Source: Syntrophomonadaceae bacterium (GTDB lineage: Bacteria; Bacillota; Dethiobacteria; DTU022). From it: a DNA stretch of 34,169 nucleotides. The stretch is taken from the NCBI GenBank assembly GCA_007131435.1, contig SLQM01000210.1, positions 1 to 34,169 of the forward strand, given 5' to 3'. The notes beneath the pieces are model-generated. The model had not been told where the DNA came from, did not search any database, and saw nothing but the letters and a program-made list of their open reading frames with translations. This document shows positions 33,696 to 34,169 of the stretch, piece after piece (positions within the stretch are counted from its first letter, which is position 1; every line of letters starts with the position of its first letter). The position numbers were made by a program, and so were the translations under genes.

Positions 33696-34169
33696 AAGGT
33701 ATAGAACAGATAGAAACTCTTGAACCCCTGGAACCTGTATATGACATTATAGAAATGCTTATCAGCCGTTATGGCGCCCTGGGTATAGGTGCAGCAATGT
33801 TTGCTGAAAGCGCAGGCCTGCCTTTTGCTTCTGCAATAGTTTATTTAACTGCCGGAACCATGATTTTACGGGGCAGTGTATCTTTCTGGTCAATTTTCTG
33901 GTATTCAACCATTGGGATAACCATGGGCTCCGTAGTAAGCTATGTTATAGGTTTAGTGGGTAGTATAGCAGGAAAAGCTGTTAAAAACAGTATATTTCAT
34001 ATAAAACACAATCCTGGAACGGCTCAAATTTCATCTAAAAAAACCAGGATGGCTACACTTTGGGATAAATATGGGAATTTTTCTATATTTATGGCTCAGT
34101 TATGGGGTTTCACCCGTACTTTCGGATCATTTCCTGCTGGAGCGATGAAAGTAAATTTCCTTTTTTTTA
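33692..34169 (+). CDS. DedA/SNARE-associated family membrane protein, N-terminal part; the 3' end lies outside the window
   Basis: This ORF is not in the supplied track because it is open to the window end. My own translation from the TTG at 33692 (a TTGA overlap with the ROK stop) gives KGIEQ...MFAESAGLPFASAIVYLTAG...WDKYGNFSIFMAQLWGFTRTFGSFPAGAMKVN. That matches the DedA motifs (F.ES...P.P and the YG....F..R..P..R....AG region). An in-frame TAA at 33686-33688 limits the start. Confidence 0.7.
   Translation, partial: MKGIEQIETLEPLEPVYDIIEMLISRYGALGIGAAMFAESAGLPFASAIVYLTAGTMILRGSVSFWSIFWYSTIGITMGSVVSYVIGLVGSIAGKAVKNSIFHIKHNPGTAQISSKKTRMATLWDKYGNFSIFMAQLWGFTRTFGSFPAGAMKVNFLFF

Noticed and set aside
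1-34169. A search for sigma-54 promoters (TGGCAC-N5-TTGCW), prompted by PrdR-type regulation of proline genes in clostridia.
   Set aside because: The few TGGCAC occurrences I saw (for example 11392, 17786 and 24362) lack a correctly spaced TTGC element and lie inside coding sequence.
1-34169. CRISPR arrays, IS elements, transposases, integrases, phage genes, toxin-antitoxin pairs and in-frame TGA (selenocysteine) interruptions.
   Set aside because: I found none of the following:
- regularly spaced direct repeats;
- terminal inverted repeats;
- recombinase-like ORFs;
- split ORFs suggesting recoding.

All large genes are uninterrupted.

Overview
This 34.2-kb window looks like a low-GC, strictly anaerobic Firmicute (Clostridia-like) chromosome. 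It has frequent TTG/GTG starts, GGAGG-type ribosome-binding sites (RBS), sigma-A type promoters and O2-sensitive glycyl-radical and Fe-S enzymes. I saw no mobile elements, CRISPR arrays, rRNA genes or protein regulators.

Bases 1-5209 carry housekeeping genes: methylthioadenosine salvage (mtnP, mtnA, mtaD), surE and rtcB.

Bases 5273-31457 form a dense island whose pathways converge on pyrroline carboxylates and proline:
- an ornithine cyclodeaminase (OCD)/mu-crystallin protein next to a fused Fe-S serine-dehydratase homologue;
- a LivKHMGF-type amino-acid ABC importer;
- a proline-racemase-superfamily protein with a Cys/Thr catalytic pair, the signature of trans-3-hydroxy-L-proline dehydratase;
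- two divergently arranged pairs of glycyl radical enzyme (GRE) and activase. One pair is clearly HypD (trans-4-hydroxy-L-proline dehydratase). The other is a 1,2-eliminase-class GRE of unknown specificity;
- a stand-alone tRNA-Trp;
- ornithine aminotransferase (rocD);
- a roughly 290-nt G-rich structured intergenic RNA that I could not assign to a known class;
- an operon encoding a NuoE-NuoF (HydC/HydB-like) fusion, a 1314-aa Fe-S/MvhD/proline-dehydrogenase-alpha-like mega-fusion and a DAO-family beta subunit;
- proC.

The window ends with a NifV-like homocitrate synthase, a ROK kinase and a truncated DedA gene.

The best candidates for undescribed biology are the putative flavin-based electron-bifurcating imino-acid dehydrogenase complex, the second GRE, the unassigned structured RNA, and the OCD plus serine-dehydratase-like pair.

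All functional calls come from reading motifs in the translations and from recalled family knowledge. No searches were run.
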